Shown here: in pieces, positions 42,554 to 53,374 of the stretch
Numbering within the stretch: position 1 is the first letter of the stretch
How the letters are laid out: each line of letters opens with the position of its first letter
Assembly: GCA_043812955.1 (NCBI GenBank)
Contig: JBDRLN010000061.1
Location: 7,231-71,230 of the forward strand
Direction: 5' to 3'
Source: Candidatus Omnitrophota bacterium
GTDB taxonomy: Bacteria; Omnitrophota; Gorgyraeia; Gygaellales; Profunditerraquicolaceae
Length of the DNA: 64,000 bases
The notes under the pieces: generated by a model
What the model was told of the DNA's origin: nothing
What the model saw: only the letters and a program-made list of their open reading frames with translations
The model's database searches: none
Position numbers and translations under genes: made by a program

Positions 42554-43558
42554 TTAGCTTACCTGCCAGACCTGCCGAATCATGGCCTCTTCTTTCAACT
42601 TCTGGATCCAGGCGCTTAAACCCTCATATTTCTTAAAGATTTGTGCATTTTTATAATACCTATCCCGCACTTTAGTAAAATCATTTTCATCAGCAACTTT
42701 CTTTTTTAAAATACGCAATACCCCATAGCCTTTATATATCGGCGTAGGCGGATAAATAGTATTGTCCTCCATTTTAATCATCCTATACAGATCCTCCGAG
42801 GGAATCTTCCAGGTATCTATAAGGTACTTAAAAGCTACAAACCCCAAGCGCTGGGAAAAATTAGGGTCATCTTTTGCCTTTATTTCCCAGAGCCCGGGGT
42901 CTTTCATTTTAGCGTAAAAATCCTGGGCCCTTTTCAAATCCTCAATCTGGACCAGCTCCAATCCGATAATATTATTCTCGTTGCGAAAATCCTGGCGTAT
43001 CTCATCTTCGCTAATCTCAGGCTTAATACTCTCTACGACCCGCTGACGTAATTTATCCAATTGAATAAAATGGCGCAACTGATTTTCAAATACCTCCACA
43101 GGCTCTTTTAAATTATCCCTGACCCAGATCATATAAGCGTTGCGATTCTGCTTCCAGTTAAAATTAATCTTATAGCCATCCAGAACCTTAGTAATCCGAT
43201 CTTCCAGCTCCTTAGGCTCAACATATATACCCTGTCGAAAAGCCTCAAAAGAAAGCAGTAATTGTTCCCAGATCTGATCCTCCAACTCCTCATCGCTGGC
43301 AACCAAAGAGCTCCGTTTATTAGCGAATGCCAATATGGTGTTTTTAACGAAAATGTAATTGTCAGCCGGGACTTTTATACCCCAGCCTACAAATTCTCCA
43401 GCAAAAATATTATAAAAAATAGGATTCGCTACTAATTTTTTTTTAAGCCCCTGCCCTTGACTGGCCTGAAGAGGTTTGGTTACGTTATCTTGGGCATATA
43501 TTTCGTTACTAATAAAAAATGTCAGAAACATTATAATAAATACGAATTTAATTTTCAT
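42554..43558 (-). CDS. Exported SurA/PrsA-like chaperone-domain protein (putative)
   Basis: Signal peptide; ISEDEIRQDF, GYGVL, WIQKLKEEA resemble foldase architecture. Confidence 0.5.
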   Translation of the reverse strand: MKIKFVFIIMFLTFFISNEIYAQDNVTKPLQASQGQGLKKKLVANPIFYNIFAGEFVGWGIKVPADNYIFVKNTILAFANKRSSLVASDEELEDQIWEQLLLSFEAFRQGIYVEPKELEDRITKVLDGYKINFNWKQNRNAYMIWVRDNLKEPVEVFENQLRHFIQLDKLRQRVVESIKPEISEDEIRQDFRNENNIIGLELVQIEDLKRAQDFYAKMKDPGLWEIKAKDDPNFSQRLGFVAFKYLIDTWKIPSEDLYRMIKMEDNTIYPPTPIYKGYGVLRILKKKVADENDFTKVRDRYYKNAQIFKKYEGLSAWIQKLKEEAMIRQVWQVS

Positions 43559-43707
43559 TAGTTAAACTCCTAATAATTTTTTTTGATAAGGTCTAAAATC
43601 CTTGCTGGCCACGAAGATTATTACCGGAGGCCTTTTTCTGGCAAGGCCTTCAGCGTAAAACCGAAATTGCTTTTATATTTACCAACCTATCTTAACCGCC
43701 ATAAACT

Positions 43708-43737
43708 AATATATACTAAATATTTTAATTTTGTCAA
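43708..43737 (-). promoter_or_regulatory. Candidate sigma70 promoter
   Basis: TTGACA followed 16-18 nt later by TATATA/TATATT. Confidence 0.5.
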
Positions 43738-43784
43738 GTCTAGATACTTATTTTCAATAGGATAGGTAAATTCGGACAAAAAAA

Positions 43785-44576
43785 TTAACGGATAAAATCA
43801 GCTAAATACGCGAAATTCTGAAGGCTTAGGTCCTCAGGCCGGATCTTGGGATTAATGCTATATTCACTAAAAAAATCTCTTAATTTATCCTGAGAGGCCA
43901 ATCGTTTAAGTGAATTTCTTAGGGTCTTTCTTCTTTGATTAAAGGCACTGCGGATGACCTTAAAAAACCATCCTTCATCCCTGACTTTTACCGCTGGTAT
44001 CGGCCTTACATCTAACCGCATTAGACAAGAATCAACTTTTGGTATTGGGGAAAAACAAGTCTTCTTTATTTTAAAAACAATTTTCGGGGATGTAAAATAT
44101 TGAACAAAACAACTCCAAGAGCTATAATCCGCCGATCCTTCCGGTGAGACTAACCGTTTAGCGAATTCTTTTTGCACGGTAAGAAAAATTACATCTACCC
44201 TTCCCCGGTTTTCCAATAGATACTCAATGATCGGTGTCGTAATATAATAAGGAATATTTCCAAATGCCTTGATATCAGATTTTACGGATTTAAGGCAATT
44301 TTGTAAATCAAACTTCAGGATATCCTGATTGAATATTTTTATATTGCTGAAGTTTTTTAGGGTTTCTCTGAGCTCGGGTAATAATTCCCGGTCAATCTCC
44401 AAGGCATATACTGAATTCACCCTTTCAGCAATTAAACCGGTCATCTCTCCCCTTCCCGAGCCTATCTCCAGCACAGTATCCGTTGGTAAAAAATTACAGG
44501 CAGCGATTATCTTCCTTTGCACATTCTTATCCACGAGGAAATTTTGCCCTAATCTTTTTTTAGGTTTAAAGCGCAT
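43785..44576 (-). CDS. rsmA: 16S rRNA dimethyltransferase RsmA/KsgA
   Basis: LGQNFL, LEIGSG, NIPYYIT, AFNQRRKTL. Confidence 0.96.
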   Translation of the reverse strand: MRFKPKKRLGQNFLVDKNVQRKIIAACNFLPTDTVLEIGSGRGEMTGLIAERVNSVYALEIDRELLPELRETLKNFSNIKIFNQDILKFDLQNCLKSVKSDIKAFGNIPYYITTPIIEYLLENRGRVDVIFLTVQKEFAKRLVSPEGSADYSSWSCFVQYFTSPKIVFKIKKTCFSPIPKVDSCLMRLDVRPIPAVKVRDEGWFFKVIRSAFNQRRKTLRNSLKRLASQDKLRDFFSEYSINPKIRPEDLSLQNFAYLADFIR

Positions 44577-45541
44577 TTTTGGGCTAAGTTAACGGCAGCG
44601 ATCAATGATGCCGGAAAAGCCAGGTTTTTTCCGGCAATATCAAAGGCAGTGCCGTGTAAAGGCGAGGTTCGGACAAAAGGCAAACCTAAGGTTATATTTA
44701 CACCGCTGGAATAACCGGATAATTTCAAGGCGATCAAAGCCTGGTCATGATACATAGCGATAACCGCGTCATATTTACCCTGGAGAGCCTTTAACATTAC
44801 AACATCTGCTGATTCCGGACCAACAACATCAAATTCATCCCGGATTTGATTCAAAACCGGTTTTATAATCGAATTCTCTTCATTGCCGATTATTCCGTTA
44901 TCCGAAGCGTGGGGATTTAATCCGCAGACTGCCAGGCGCGGCTGACTAATTTTAAATAAGCTTTTAAGAGAAGAGGCGCTGATCCGGATAACCCGGCGCA
45001 ATTCCTCTTTATTAGCCATAAAAGAAACTTTCTTAATCGGGATATGCCGGGTAACCAAACTAATCTTTATTTTTTCATTTAAAAGCATCATTACAAAGTC
45101 TTTGGTACCAGTTTTCTTAGTAAGATACTCGGTGTGTCCGCCACAATGAATTCCCGCCAGGTCTATCGACTCCTTAGAGATTGGACAGGTCACCAGGCAA
45201 TCAATTTTTTTATCTCTTATTAATTCCAGGGCTTTATCCAGATATTCAATTGAGGCCCGGCCATATTCCGCCCTGACCTTACCGAATTTGAAATTTTTAT
45301 GATTAACGTTGTTTAGATCAATAAACTCATAACTTGGGTGTCGAATGTCGAATGTCGAATGTCCGTAACGCGCAGCGTTGAATACCTTGCGGTCGCCTAT
45401 AATTACTATATCGGCTTTGATTTTTAGGCGGGAAAGGGCCTTGACGATTATCTCCGGGCCGATACCTGAAGGATCTCCCATAGTTAGACCAATCCTAACC
45501 CTAGAAAATTTTAATGTAGGCCTTTTTGCGCAAACCATCAA
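44549..45541 (-). CDS. pdxA: 4-hydroxythreonine-4-phosphate dehydrogenase
   Basis: GDPSGIGPE, GHTE, NPHA, MYHDQ, RTSP.HGTAFDIAG; start uncertain. Confidence 0.94.
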   Translation of the reverse strand: MMVCAKRPTLKFSRVRIGLTMGDPSGIGPEIIVKALSRLKIKADIVIIGDRKVFNAARYGHSTFDIRHPSYEFIDLNNVNHKNFKFGKVRAEYGRASIEYLDKALELIRDKKIDCLVTCPISKESIDLAGIHCGGHTEYLTKKTGTKDFVMMLLNEKIKISLVTRHIPIKKVSFMANKEELRRVIRISASSLKSLFKISQPRLAVCGLNPHASDNGIIGNEENSIIKPVLNQIRDEFDVVGPESADVVMLKALQGKYDAVIAMYHDQALIALKLSGYSSGVNITLGLPFVRTSPLHGTAFDIAGKNLAFPASLIAAVNLAQKCALNLKKD

Positions 45542-46400
45542 TAAATTTAATCATCCCTTCCTGCATCTTTTTATCCCAAAGGACCTTATTTATGCTATCC
45601 TGGACCTCAACTAAACTCTGTTGACGGGACAAAAATATTTCATTTAATTTAAAAATGTAAAAACTTGAGTCTATTCTTAGCGGAGCGGAAATCTCGCCGG
45701 GATTAAGGCTAAATATAACATAATCGATCTCTTTTCTTAATTCGCCGTTCTTCTTACCAGTTAGTCTACTAAGACTATACTGATATTTCTTTGCCGCGAC
45801 TTCCCAATCACTCTCTTGTCTTAATTTAGCATACCCCTCCTTGGCCTGATCTTCATCTGGAAAAATAATATACTCAAACTCACGCTGTTCGGGAAGGTCA
45901 AATTCACCGATATTCTGATGATAAAAATCAGTCACTTCCTCTGGCTGAACAATAACCGAGCTTTTTATTTTAGCTTCCACCAAGGCATACATCAACATCT
46001 GTTCCCTAATCTTGGTCTCTAGATCCGCCTCAACTAAACCCTGTTCTCTTAAAGCAGACTCGTATTCGGCCTGGGTTGCGTAATTCCTCCTGGTAGCGCT
46101 TATTTTATCCTTAATCCTCATTGAATCCACCTTGACGCCTTCTTTTTTAGCCGCCTGAACCAAAAGCCGGTCCTCGATCAATCTATCCAACAGGTCCTTC
46201 TTTATTGTATCCAGCTTCTCTTCTATCTTGGTTTGGTCGTAATTTTCGGTTAGACGCATACGGGTAAAATTTATAAAATCGTTAAGCTCTTTCCGGGTAA
46301 TCGCCTCGTTATTGACGATAGCAATGATCTTATCCTGGGCAAATACAGGAATAGTAGGCAGAATTACAGAAATTAAAAATATTCTAAAAAGTTTAAGCAT
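45501..46400 (-). CDS. surA: SurA-family peptidylprolyl isomerase/chaperone
   Basis: DKIIAIVNNEAIT, LIEDRLL; surA-pdxA-rsmA synteny. Confidence 0.75.
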   Translation of the reverse strand: MLKLFRIFLISVILPTIPVFAQDKIIAIVNNEAITRKELNDFINFTRMRLTENYDQTKIEEKLDTIKKDLLDRLIEDRLLVQAAKKEGVKVDSMRIKDKISATRRNYATQAEYESALREQGLVEADLETKIREQMLMYALVEAKIKSSVIVQPEEVTDFYHQNIGEFDLPEQREFEYIIFPDEDQAKEGYAKLRQESDWEVAAKKYQYSLSRLTGKKNGELRKEIDYVIFSLNPGEISAPLRIDSSFYIFKLNEIFLSRQQSLVEVQDSINKVLWDKKMQEGMIKFIDGLRKKAYIKIF

Positions 46401-48297
46401 TATAACCGGCTCCTATTTTTTTAAAATTAGCAATAGCTTCTTTTAAAAGGCGGCAATATAGATCAAAACCTACCGCATTAATAAACCCGTGTTGCTGGAT
46501 ACCTAAAAGGTTTCCCGCTCCTCTCATCTCCAAATCTTCCATCGCGATCTTAAACCCCGAACCTAAATGGCAGTAATCCTGGATAGCCTTTAGCCTTCTT
46601 TGAGCGTCACTATCCAGGGATTCTTTGCGGGGGACTACAAAATAAGCGTAGGCCGGGCGGTTAAACCTGCCTACCCTGCCCCGCAGCTGGTGTAAATCCG
46701 ACAAACCGAAAGTATGGGCGTTGTTAACAATAATAGTGTTGGCATTGGGGATATCAATACCGGATTCAATGATCATAGTACAGACTAAACAATCGATTTT
46801 TCCCCTTAAGAAATCATACATTACCCGCTCTAACTCTTTCGAGGGCATCTGGCCATGGCCTATGGCTAATCTGGTGCCTGCGGGCAGGCCCTTAGTAATC
46901 TTCTCTTTTATCCTTTCTATATCCTGGACGCGGTTATGCAAAAAAAATACCTGGCCCTTACGGCGGATCTCTCTGAGGATCGCTTGCTGGATTAAATCGC
47001 CATCATATTCTACCACAATGGTCTTGATAGGCAACCTATTTTCCGGCGGAGTATTGATCACTGACAGGTCCCTGGCTCCCATCAGGCTCATATAAAGGGT
47101 CCGGGGTATAGGGGTAGCGGTAAGCGTTATCACATCAATAGTCAATCGTAAAGCCTTTAATTTTTCTTTTGCCCTGACCCCAAAACGCTGCTCTTCGTCA
47201 ATAATTACCAATCCTAAATCCTTAAATTTTACATCATCGGAGAGCAGGCGGTGTGTCCCTATTACTATATCCACCCTACCCCGGCTCAAATCACCGATTA
47301 TCTCTTTTTGTTGGGACAAAGTCTTAAACCTGGAGAGCATCTGAATATTTATGGGAAAACCGGCTAGCCGTAAAGCAAAATTCTGGAAATGCTGTTCAGC
47401 CAGGATGGTGGTCGGCACCAAATAAGCCACCTGTTTATTATTCATCATCGCCTTAAACGCAGCCCGCATCGCCACTTCAGTCTTGCCATAGCCCACGTCA
47501 CCGCAAAGCAGCCTATCCATCGGTTTAGACGATTCCATATCCGATTTTACATCTTCTACAGCCCTTACCTGATCCGGAGTCTCTTGATAGGGAAAGGTCT
47601 TTTCAAATTCTTTCTGCCATTCGCTATCCTTAGAATAATTAAAGCCTGTTGCGCTCAAACGCATAGCCTGTAATGAGAGGAGTTCCCAGGCTAATTTCTG
47701 GATCCCCTTCCTAGCCTTATCTTTGGCCCTAAGCCATTCCTTACTGGATAACCGGTAAAGCTTCGGCCTCCTGGTCTGGAATGAAATATATTTTTGCACC
47801 AAATGCATATCGCTAACCGGCACATAGAGTTTTTCTAGACGGTCATACTCAATGATCAGATGATCTTTGAATCCATCCTTATCTTTTACCTTTTCTAAAC
47901 CTAAAAATCTTCCGATACCATGTAGATTATGAACTACATAATCACCGATATTAACATCCACAAAACTGGACAAAGGAAATTCTTCATTAAAAGACGCGGT
48001 CTTGAAAGTATGGGTTTTTTTTACCGGTAGGATAATTGCTATCTGATGTTCCCAGAGAAGAAATCCGTCAGCGGGAGTAAAAGTCTTTAGGCTAGAAATA
48101 TTATTCTCCAGGCCCAATTCGATTCTTATGGGTAGCTCAAAAGTAAAAGGAAAAATGTCAATAACGTTTCCCCTTAGAGAGAAATCGCCCTCTTCGAGGA
48201 TATTCTCCTGCCTGCGGTATTCAAAATTAATAAGGGTGGTTACGAGGTTTTCCACATCCACATAACCACCCTTATATAGTTTTAAGGATCTAAACAT
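46393..48297 (-). CDS. mfd: Transcription-repair coupling factor, compact 634-aa form
   Basis: GDYVVH..HGIG (RID), [27 protein letters not shown] motif. Confidence 0.9.
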   Translation of the reverse strand: MFRSLKLYKGGYVDVENLVTTLINFEYRRQENILEEGDFSLRGNVIDIFPFTFELPIRIELGLENNISSLKTFTPADGFLLWEHQIAIILPVKKTHTFKTASFNEEFPLSSFVDVNIGDYVVHNLHGIGRFLGLEKVKDKDGFKDHLIIEYDRLEKLYVPVSDMHLVQKYISFQTRRPKLYRLSSKEWLRAKDKARKGIQKLAWELLSLQAMRLSATGFNYSKDSEWQKEFEKTFPYQETPDQVRAVEDVKSDMESSKPMDRLLCGDVGYGKTEVAMRAAFKAMMNNKQVAYLVPTTILAEQHFQNFALRLAGFPINIQMLSRFKTLSQQKEIIGDLSRGRVDIVIGTHRLLSDDVKFKDLGLVIIDEEQRFGVRAKEKLKALRLTIDVITLTATPIPRTLYMSLMGARDLSVINTPPENRLPIKTIVVEYDGDLIQQAILREIRRKGQVFFLHNRVQDIERIKEKITKGLPAGTRLAIGHGQMPSKELERVMYDFLRGKIDCLVCTMIIESGIDIPNANTIIVNNAHTFGLSDLHQLRGRVGRFNRPAYAYFVVPRKESLDSDAQRRLKAIQDYCHLGSGFKIAMEDLEMRGAGNLLGIQQHGFINAVGFDLYCRLLKEAIANFKKIGAGYNA

Positions 48298-48304
48298 TCT
48301 GTAA

Positions 48305-48440
48305 AACTAAAACACCAATAAAACAAATTCCAAACGCCAAATAAGCTCCAATCACAAATAATCAATAACCAGGTCAGTTTGATAAATTGGTTTTGGCCTA
48401 TTGGTTATTATTTGGTCATTGATGCCTGATGTTTTATTTT
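48305..48440. repeat. Degenerate inverted heptamer array, CCAA family
   Basis: CCAAACG CCAAATA..CCAATCA CAAATAA TCAATAA facing TTGGTTT..TTGGTTA..TTGGTCA. Confidence 0.65.
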
Positions 48441-48458
48441 TCATGGCACACTTATAAT

Positions 48459-50663
48459 TTACGCTTTTGCCCTTTTCTTCTGCCAGGCCAGCACCAGAGG
48501 TGAAGCGATAAAAACAGTAGAGTATATGCCGGAGATGAAACCCGCTATCAGGGTAAACGCGAAATTACTCAATACCTCTCCGCCGTAAAACAAAATGGCT
48601 AAGACCACAAATAATGTCACAACCGAAGTCAGTATGGTCCGAGCTAAAGTCTGGTTTACGCTTAAATTAATCAACTCAGCCAGGCTCATCTTGCGGCTAG
48701 AGCGCATATTCTCCCTGACCCGGTCATAGATGACTATGGTATCGTTAATAGAATAACCGGCGATGGTCAGAAACGCGGTAACGCTTAAAAGGTCTATCTG
48801 GCGTCCGGTCATCACCAAAAACCCTAAAGCCACTAATACGTCATGAATAAGAGCTATAACGCCGGCAACTGCGAAATTAAAATGTTTAAACCTGATAGCC
48901 ACATAAATCAATATACCTATCAAAGACCAGATTATCGCCTGCACAGCCTTACCTTTTAAATGTTGACCTGCGACCGGACCGACATGCTCTATCCTTAACA
49001 TCTGCACGTCTTCCTCAGGAAATACCCCTTTTAATTTAGCCAGCAAAACCTGATTCTTATCAGCTTTAGTGCGGATAAGAATAGTCCTGGGATTATCCCT
49101 GAATTGCTGAATAGAGGCGTCTCCCAAATCTAAATCTTTAAGCAGCTGCCGCACTTTATCAATCTGGGGAGGTTTTTTAAAACTATATTCCTGCAGTTGG
49201 CCTCCGGCAAAATCTATGCCAAAGGCGCTTGAGCCTTTTTTGAAGAAAACAACTAAACCGGCGATAATAACTACCGCAGAAATAACATAAAATATCTTTC
49301 TTTTACCGATAAAATCCAGCTTGGTCTCGCCGATAAACCTAAGCATAGGAAACGATGTAAGCCACCCGAATTTAAGCAAAAGCTCAAAAATGGTACGGGT
49401 GACTACTATAGCGGTAAACATACTGGCCATTAAACCGATAGTCAAAGTTACGGCAAAACCCCTAATAGGTCCGGTGCCAAACTGAAACAAAAGGAAAGCT
49501 GCAATCAGAGAAGTAAAGTTGGAATCAAAAATCGCGCTAAACGCCCGGCTATAGCCATTTGCTATAGCGGCTTTTAAATTCCTGCCCAGGCCCAATTCCT
49601 CCCTTATACGTTCATTAATTAACACGTTGGCATCCACAGCCATACCTAGAGCCAAAGCCATACCCGCAATACCGGGTAGCGTAAGTGTAGCTGATACGCC
49701 GGGAAACAAATAAGGGAGCATTCCCAGGCAACCTGTAATTATCAATAAGTTCAGGACTAAAGCGATATTAGCCACCAACCCGGCAATAAGATAATAAATT
49801 GCCATAAAAATAAAAACCATGGCCCCGCCGATAAGCGTTGCCCTTACTCCCTTATTTATCGAATCCTGGCCTAATAATGGGCCGACAGTCCTCTCTTCTT
49901 CAATAGTCATTGGAGCAGGCAAAGCGCCTATTCTTAAAATCAGGGCCAGGTCCTGAGCTTGCTCAATATCAAACCTGCCGGTTATTATTCCTTCACCTGA
50001 GGGAATAGCGTCTTTTATCCGGGGAGCGGATTGGACTTTCCCGTCTAAAACAATAGCTAAACGCTTCCCGATATTCGCAGCGGTGATCTCGCCGAATTTT
50101 TTTGCGCCCTGGGCATTGAATTTTAGGGACACTACGGGTTCATTGAACGAACTCTGGTCAAAACGCACCTCGGCATCAGAAACAGTATCTCCGGTTAAAA
50201 GGGCCTGTTTCTCAAGAAGTAAAGCTTCATTGTCTTCGCTAGCATACTTTAACTCATGCCCTTCAGGAACCTTGCCGTCGATAGCTTCTTTTAATTTATC
50301 CGGATCCGAGGAGACTAATTTAAATTCCAAGAGCGCGGTTTTTCCGATAATATCAATAGCCCTGTCTCTATCAGTTACCCCGGGTAATTGAACCACTATT
50401 TCATCATGGCCTTGCTTCTGGATTGAAGGCTCCCTGACTCCAAATGAATCTATCCGGTTACGCACCACTTCTAACGCCCTATCCGCTGCATCTGCCTTGG
50501 CTTTATCCGGCAAATGGCTGGTATCTACCTTTAACAATAGATGCATCCCGCCTTTTAGGTCCAGCCCTAGGTTTATCCTTTTATCCAAAGGAAAGGTATA
50601 AAATACGCAGGTACCAAGCACACCCAAAATAAAAACCACCTTGTAAATCAGTTTTCTCTCCAT
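48459..50663 (-). CDS. secDF: Fused protein translocase SecDF
   Basis: LGLDLKGG, VDANVLINERIREE (SecD); GIDFAGG, GYSINDTIVIYDRVRE (SecF). Confidence 0.96.
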   Translation of the reverse strand: MERKLIYKVVFILGVLGTCVFYTFPLDKRINLGLDLKGGMHLLLKVDTSHLPDKAKADAADRALEVVRNRIDSFGVREPSIQKQGHDEIVVQLPGVTDRDRAIDIIGKTALLEFKLVSSDPDKLKEAIDGKVPEGHELKYASEDNEALLLEKQALLTGDTVSDAEVRFDQSSFNEPVVSLKFNAQGAKKFGEITAANIGKRLAIVLDGKVQSAPRIKDAIPSGEGIITGRFDIEQAQDLALILRIGALPAPMTIEEERTVGPLLGQDSINKGVRATLIGGAMVFIFMAIYYLIAGLVANIALVLNLLIITGCLGMLPYLFPGVSATLTLPGIAGMALALGMAVDANVLINERIREELGLGRNLKAAIANGYSRAFSAIFDSNFTSLIAAFLLFQFGTGPIRGFAVTLTIGLMASMFTAIVVTRTIFELLLKFGWLTSFPMLRFIGETKLDFIGKRKIFYVISAVVIIAGLVVFFKKGSSAFGIDFAGGQLQEYSFKKPPQIDKVRQLLKDLDLGDASIQQFRDNPRTILIRTKADKNQVLLAKLKGVFPEEDVQMLRIEHVGPVAGQHLKGKAVQAIIWSLIGILIYVAIRFKHFNFAVAGVIALIHDVLVALGFLVMTGRQIDLLSVTAFLTIAGYSINDTIVIYDRVRENMRSSRKMSLAELINLSVNQTLARTILTSVVTLFVVLAILFYGGEVLSNFAFTLIAGFISGIYSTVFIASPLVLAWQKKRAKA

Positions 50664-50666
50664 AGT

Positions 50667-50966
50667 TTATTTTCCTTGTTTAGCTGCTTGATCCTTCTTT
50701 ATGTAGGCAACGCAATTCTTCTCCAGCTCAATTTTAACGTTGTCATCGATCCTTAAAGTTATAGTTTTATCTTTTACATTTACAATAGTCCCGTGAATAC
50801 CACTTACAGTCACTACTTCATCGTTTTTCTCTAAACTGTTCAACATTTTTTGTTGTTCTTTCTCCTTGGATTTTTGCGGCCGGATAAGCAAAAAATAGAA
50901 AACAATAAAGATAAAAACTAAGGGTACAAGATTCAATAAAGGATTTACTTGTGCTCCTGTAGGCAT
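50667..50966 (-). CDS. yajC: Preprotein translocase YajC
   Basis: FYFLLIRPQ, DEVVT.SGIHG. Confidence 0.95.
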   Translation of the reverse strand: MPTGAQVNPLLNLVPLVFIFIVFYFLLIRPQKSKEKEQQKMLNSLEKNDEVVTVSGIHGTIVNVKDKTITLRIDDNVKIELEKNCVAYIKKDQAAKQGK

Positions 50967-51042
50967 TTTTCCTCCCTTTTCATTTTTATTTATAGCCTCT
51001 TAGCTCTTTTGTTGCCAACCACGAACTAATAACTACAAACTC

Positions 51043-51282
51043 TTAAACTGCTTGTTTTTTTACCAGCCTTTTAATTGTTTCGGATACCTGAGCGCCTTTA
51101 CTGACCCAATAATCCAAACGGGCCTTATCGAACTTTACCTGACCATTCACAGGATTATAGAAACCTATCTCCTCAATAAATTTACTATCCCTGCTGCGAT
51201 GGCTGTCAAAAACAGTTATCCTGAAATGCGGTTTTCTCTTAGGATTCTTCCCTATCCGTCTTAACCTGATACGCGCTGACAT
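51043..51282 (-). CDS. rpsP: 30S ribosomal protein S16
   Basis: RIRLRRIG, IEEIGFYNP, GAQVSE. Confidence 0.95.
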   Translation of the reverse strand: MSARIRLRRIGKNPKRKPHFRITVFDSHRSRDSKFIEEIGFYNPVNGQVKFDKARLDYWVSKGAQVSETIKRLVKKQAV

Positions 51283-51336
51283 AATTACTTCCTCCTTTTG
51301 TTTATTAGCTCACATTCTTCATGATTATAGATTCGA

Positions 51337-51384
51337 CACTATAAACTATGAACTATTAACTATTAACAATTAACTATGAACTAA
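51337..51384. repeat. AACTAT(A/G/T) heptamer array overlapping trpE stop
   Basis: AACTATG AACTATT AACTATT AACAATT AACTATG AACTAAT; shorter related array at about 51018-51042. Confidence 0.7.
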
Positions 51385-52909
51385 TTATTGCCTCAATTAA
51401 GGCTCTTGCCTTATTCTGTGATTCCCGATATTCCCTGTTTGCGACCGAATCTAAAACAATGCCTGCCCCGGCCTGAATATAGGCATATCCGCCTTTGGCA
51501 ATGATTGTCCTAATAGTAATACAAGTATCCAGATTACCGGAAAAGCTAAAATAGCCTACGCACCCGGAATAGGCGCCGCGGCGGGTATTCTCCAGCTCAT
51601 CGATAATCTCCATTGCCCGGATCTTAGGGCTTCCGGAAACAGTCCCTGCAGGGAAACATGCCTTTAGTACATCATAAGAATTGTATTTTTTATCCAGTTC
51701 TGCCGTAACGTCGCTAACCAGATGCATCACATGGGAATACCTCTCTACGTTCATAAATTCGTTTACTTTAACCTTGCCTTTCTGGGAAATCCGGCCTAAA
51801 TCATTCCTGCCTAAATCTACCAGCATCAAATGTTCCGCCCGCTCTTTTTTATCGTTAAAAAGCTCCTGCTCAAGCAATTTGTCTTCTTTTTCATCTTTGC
51901 CCCGCCTCCTCGTGCCGGCAATAGGCCGAGTTTCCACAGCCTGCCCTTCACAGCGGACCAGCATTTCCGGAGATGAACCGATAAGAATAAAATCCTTCAA
52001 TTTTAAGAAAAACATATACGGCGAAGGATTAATGCCCCTTAATCTCCTATAAACATCAAAAGGTGGATTGCGTAAATTTATCCTGAATCTCTGGGACAAT
52101 ACTACCTGGATAATATCCCCCCGCCTGATGTATTCTTTAGCTTTATTTACTATACTGCAAAATCCGGATTTGGTGAAATTAGAGAATACTTTATTTTTAA
52201 GGCTTTTTAAGGTCAAACCCCTGCCCTTATATTTATCAATAACTGATTGATCAAAATCCCGGTGAATCGATTCTATTTTTTTTAAAGCCTCCTGATACAC
52301 CTTATTTTTTTTTAGCCTAGAAACCTTAGAGGTATCATTCGGCAATATTACATTACAGATAATTTTTATGGTATGGTTAATATGGTCAAATGCCAAAACC
52401 GTGTCAGTAAGCATAAATACGCAATCAGGCAGTCCTAGATCATCCGGATTTTTATCCGGTATTCTTTCAAAAAACCTAACCATATCGTAACCCATAAAGC
52501 CGACAAAGCCTCCGTAAAAACGGGGTAGGCCTTTGATTCTGGCAGCTTTAAAATCCGCCATAATATTTTTTAACTCAGCGAGTGGATTTGACCGAGTAGT
52601 AAAACGGCTGACCTTCTTATTTTTATTAAAACATAAATAGTTATAGCCCTGAGATGACGGCTGGTAGATTATCTCGATATTCTTGCCCTTGCTTTTAAAA
52701 ACTAAAGAAGGCTCACTGCCTAAAAAAGAATACCGGGCAACTTTCTCCTGGCCTTCAACAGATTCCAGTAAAAAAGCATAATCATTCTTTTTTACCTTAA
52801 GGAAACTGGAAACCGGAGTATCCAAATCAGCGCTGATCTCCTTGTAAACCGGAATGACATTGCTGGTTTTAGATAACCTTAGAAATTCCTTTAATGATGG
52901 AGTATACAT
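51374..52909 (-). CDS. trpE: Anthranilate synthase component I
   Basis: LLES, NPSPYM, PIAGTR, LVDLGRND, GAGIV. Confidence 0.92.
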   Translation of the reverse strand: MYTPSLKEFLRLSKTSNVIPVYKEISADLDTPVSSFLKVKKNDYAFLLESVEGQEKVARYSFLGSEPSLVFKSKGKNIEIIYQPSSQGYNYLCFNKNKKVSRFTTRSNPLAELKNIMADFKAARIKGLPRFYGGFVGFMGYDMVRFFERIPDKNPDDLGLPDCVFMLTDTVLAFDHINHTIKIICNVILPNDTSKVSRLKKNKVYQEALKKIESIHRDFDQSVIDKYKGRGLTLKSLKNKVFSNFTKSGFCSIVNKAKEYIRRGDIIQVVLSQRFRINLRNPPFDVYRRLRGINPSPYMFFLKLKDFILIGSSPEMLVRCEGQAVETRPIAGTRRRGKDEKEDKLLEQELFNDKKERAEHLMLVDLGRNDLGRISQKGKVKVNEFMNVERYSHVMHLVSDVTAELDKKYNSYDVLKACFPAGTVSGSPKIRAMEIIDELENTRRGAYSGCVGYFSFSGNLDTCITIRTIIAKGGYAYIQAGAGIVLDSVANREYRESQNKARALIEAIISS

Positions 52910-52917
52910 ATTAATCC

Positions 52918-53034
52918 TAGTAGGTAGTATTTAGGGTTTCCCTAATACCTATCTATTAACTACCCTATACTGAATCAGTAGGTAGTATTTAATAAAAACC
53001 CTAACTCCTACCTACTACATACTAAATACTATCT
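52918..53034. repeat. Inverted heptamer array, CTACCTA/CTACATA family (two units)
   Basis: AGTAGGTAGTATTTA twice, facing CCTACCTACTACATACTAAATACTA. Confidence 0.8.
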
Positions 53035-53364
53035 TTATATTGTTCTATAAAAACATGACCTATTGCCGGTGTGACAGGCAACGCCCACCTGCCTGACCTT
53101 GACCAGGAGCGCGTCCATATCGCAATCAAAAGCAATGGATTTTACAAGTTGAAAATTTCCGGAGGTCCCCCCCTTAACCCAATATTCTCTTCTCGAACGC
53201 GACCAAAAACAAGTCTTGCCTAATTTTAAGCTCCGCTGAATCGACTCTTTATTCATATAAGCGACCATCAGCACATCTTTAGTTTTGTAATCCTGGACTA
53301 CCGCCGGTATTAAACCGGTCTTATCAAATTTTAAATCCTTAATCTTAAACTTTTTATCTTTCAT
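53035..53364 (-). CDS. hisI: Phosphoribosyl-AMP cyclohydrolase
   Basis: WSRSR, KG.TSG, DCDMD, ACHTG..SCF. Confidence 0.96.
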   Translation of the reverse strand: MKDKKFKIKDLKFDKTGLIPAVVQDYKTKDVLMVAYMNKESIQRSLKLGKTCFWSRSRREYWVKGGTSGNFQLVKSIAFDCDMDALLVKVRQVGVACHTGNRSCFYRTI

Positions 53365-53374
53365 TTTTTATGAT

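Noticed and set aside
41330-43652. Imperfect 22-bp similarity (AGGCC(T)TGCCAGA.AAA) flanking the two hypothetical genes as attachment sites
   Set aside because: It has several mismatches, no integrase is present, and the downstream copy is better explained as decayed coding sequence.
43595-43660. Hairpin GAAGGCCTT/AAGGCCTCC within GCTG..CAGC as a c-di-AMP or c-di-GMP riboswitch
   Set aside because: It is too short and lacks the conserved cores of those families as I recall them; only an Rfam scan could rescue it.
48459-50663. SecD-SecF fusion
   Set aside because: This fusion is well known in many bacteria.
51374-52909. trpE without other trp genes as a novel pathway
   Set aside because: Split trp genes and his-trpE adjacency are common; the remaining genes may lie outside the window.
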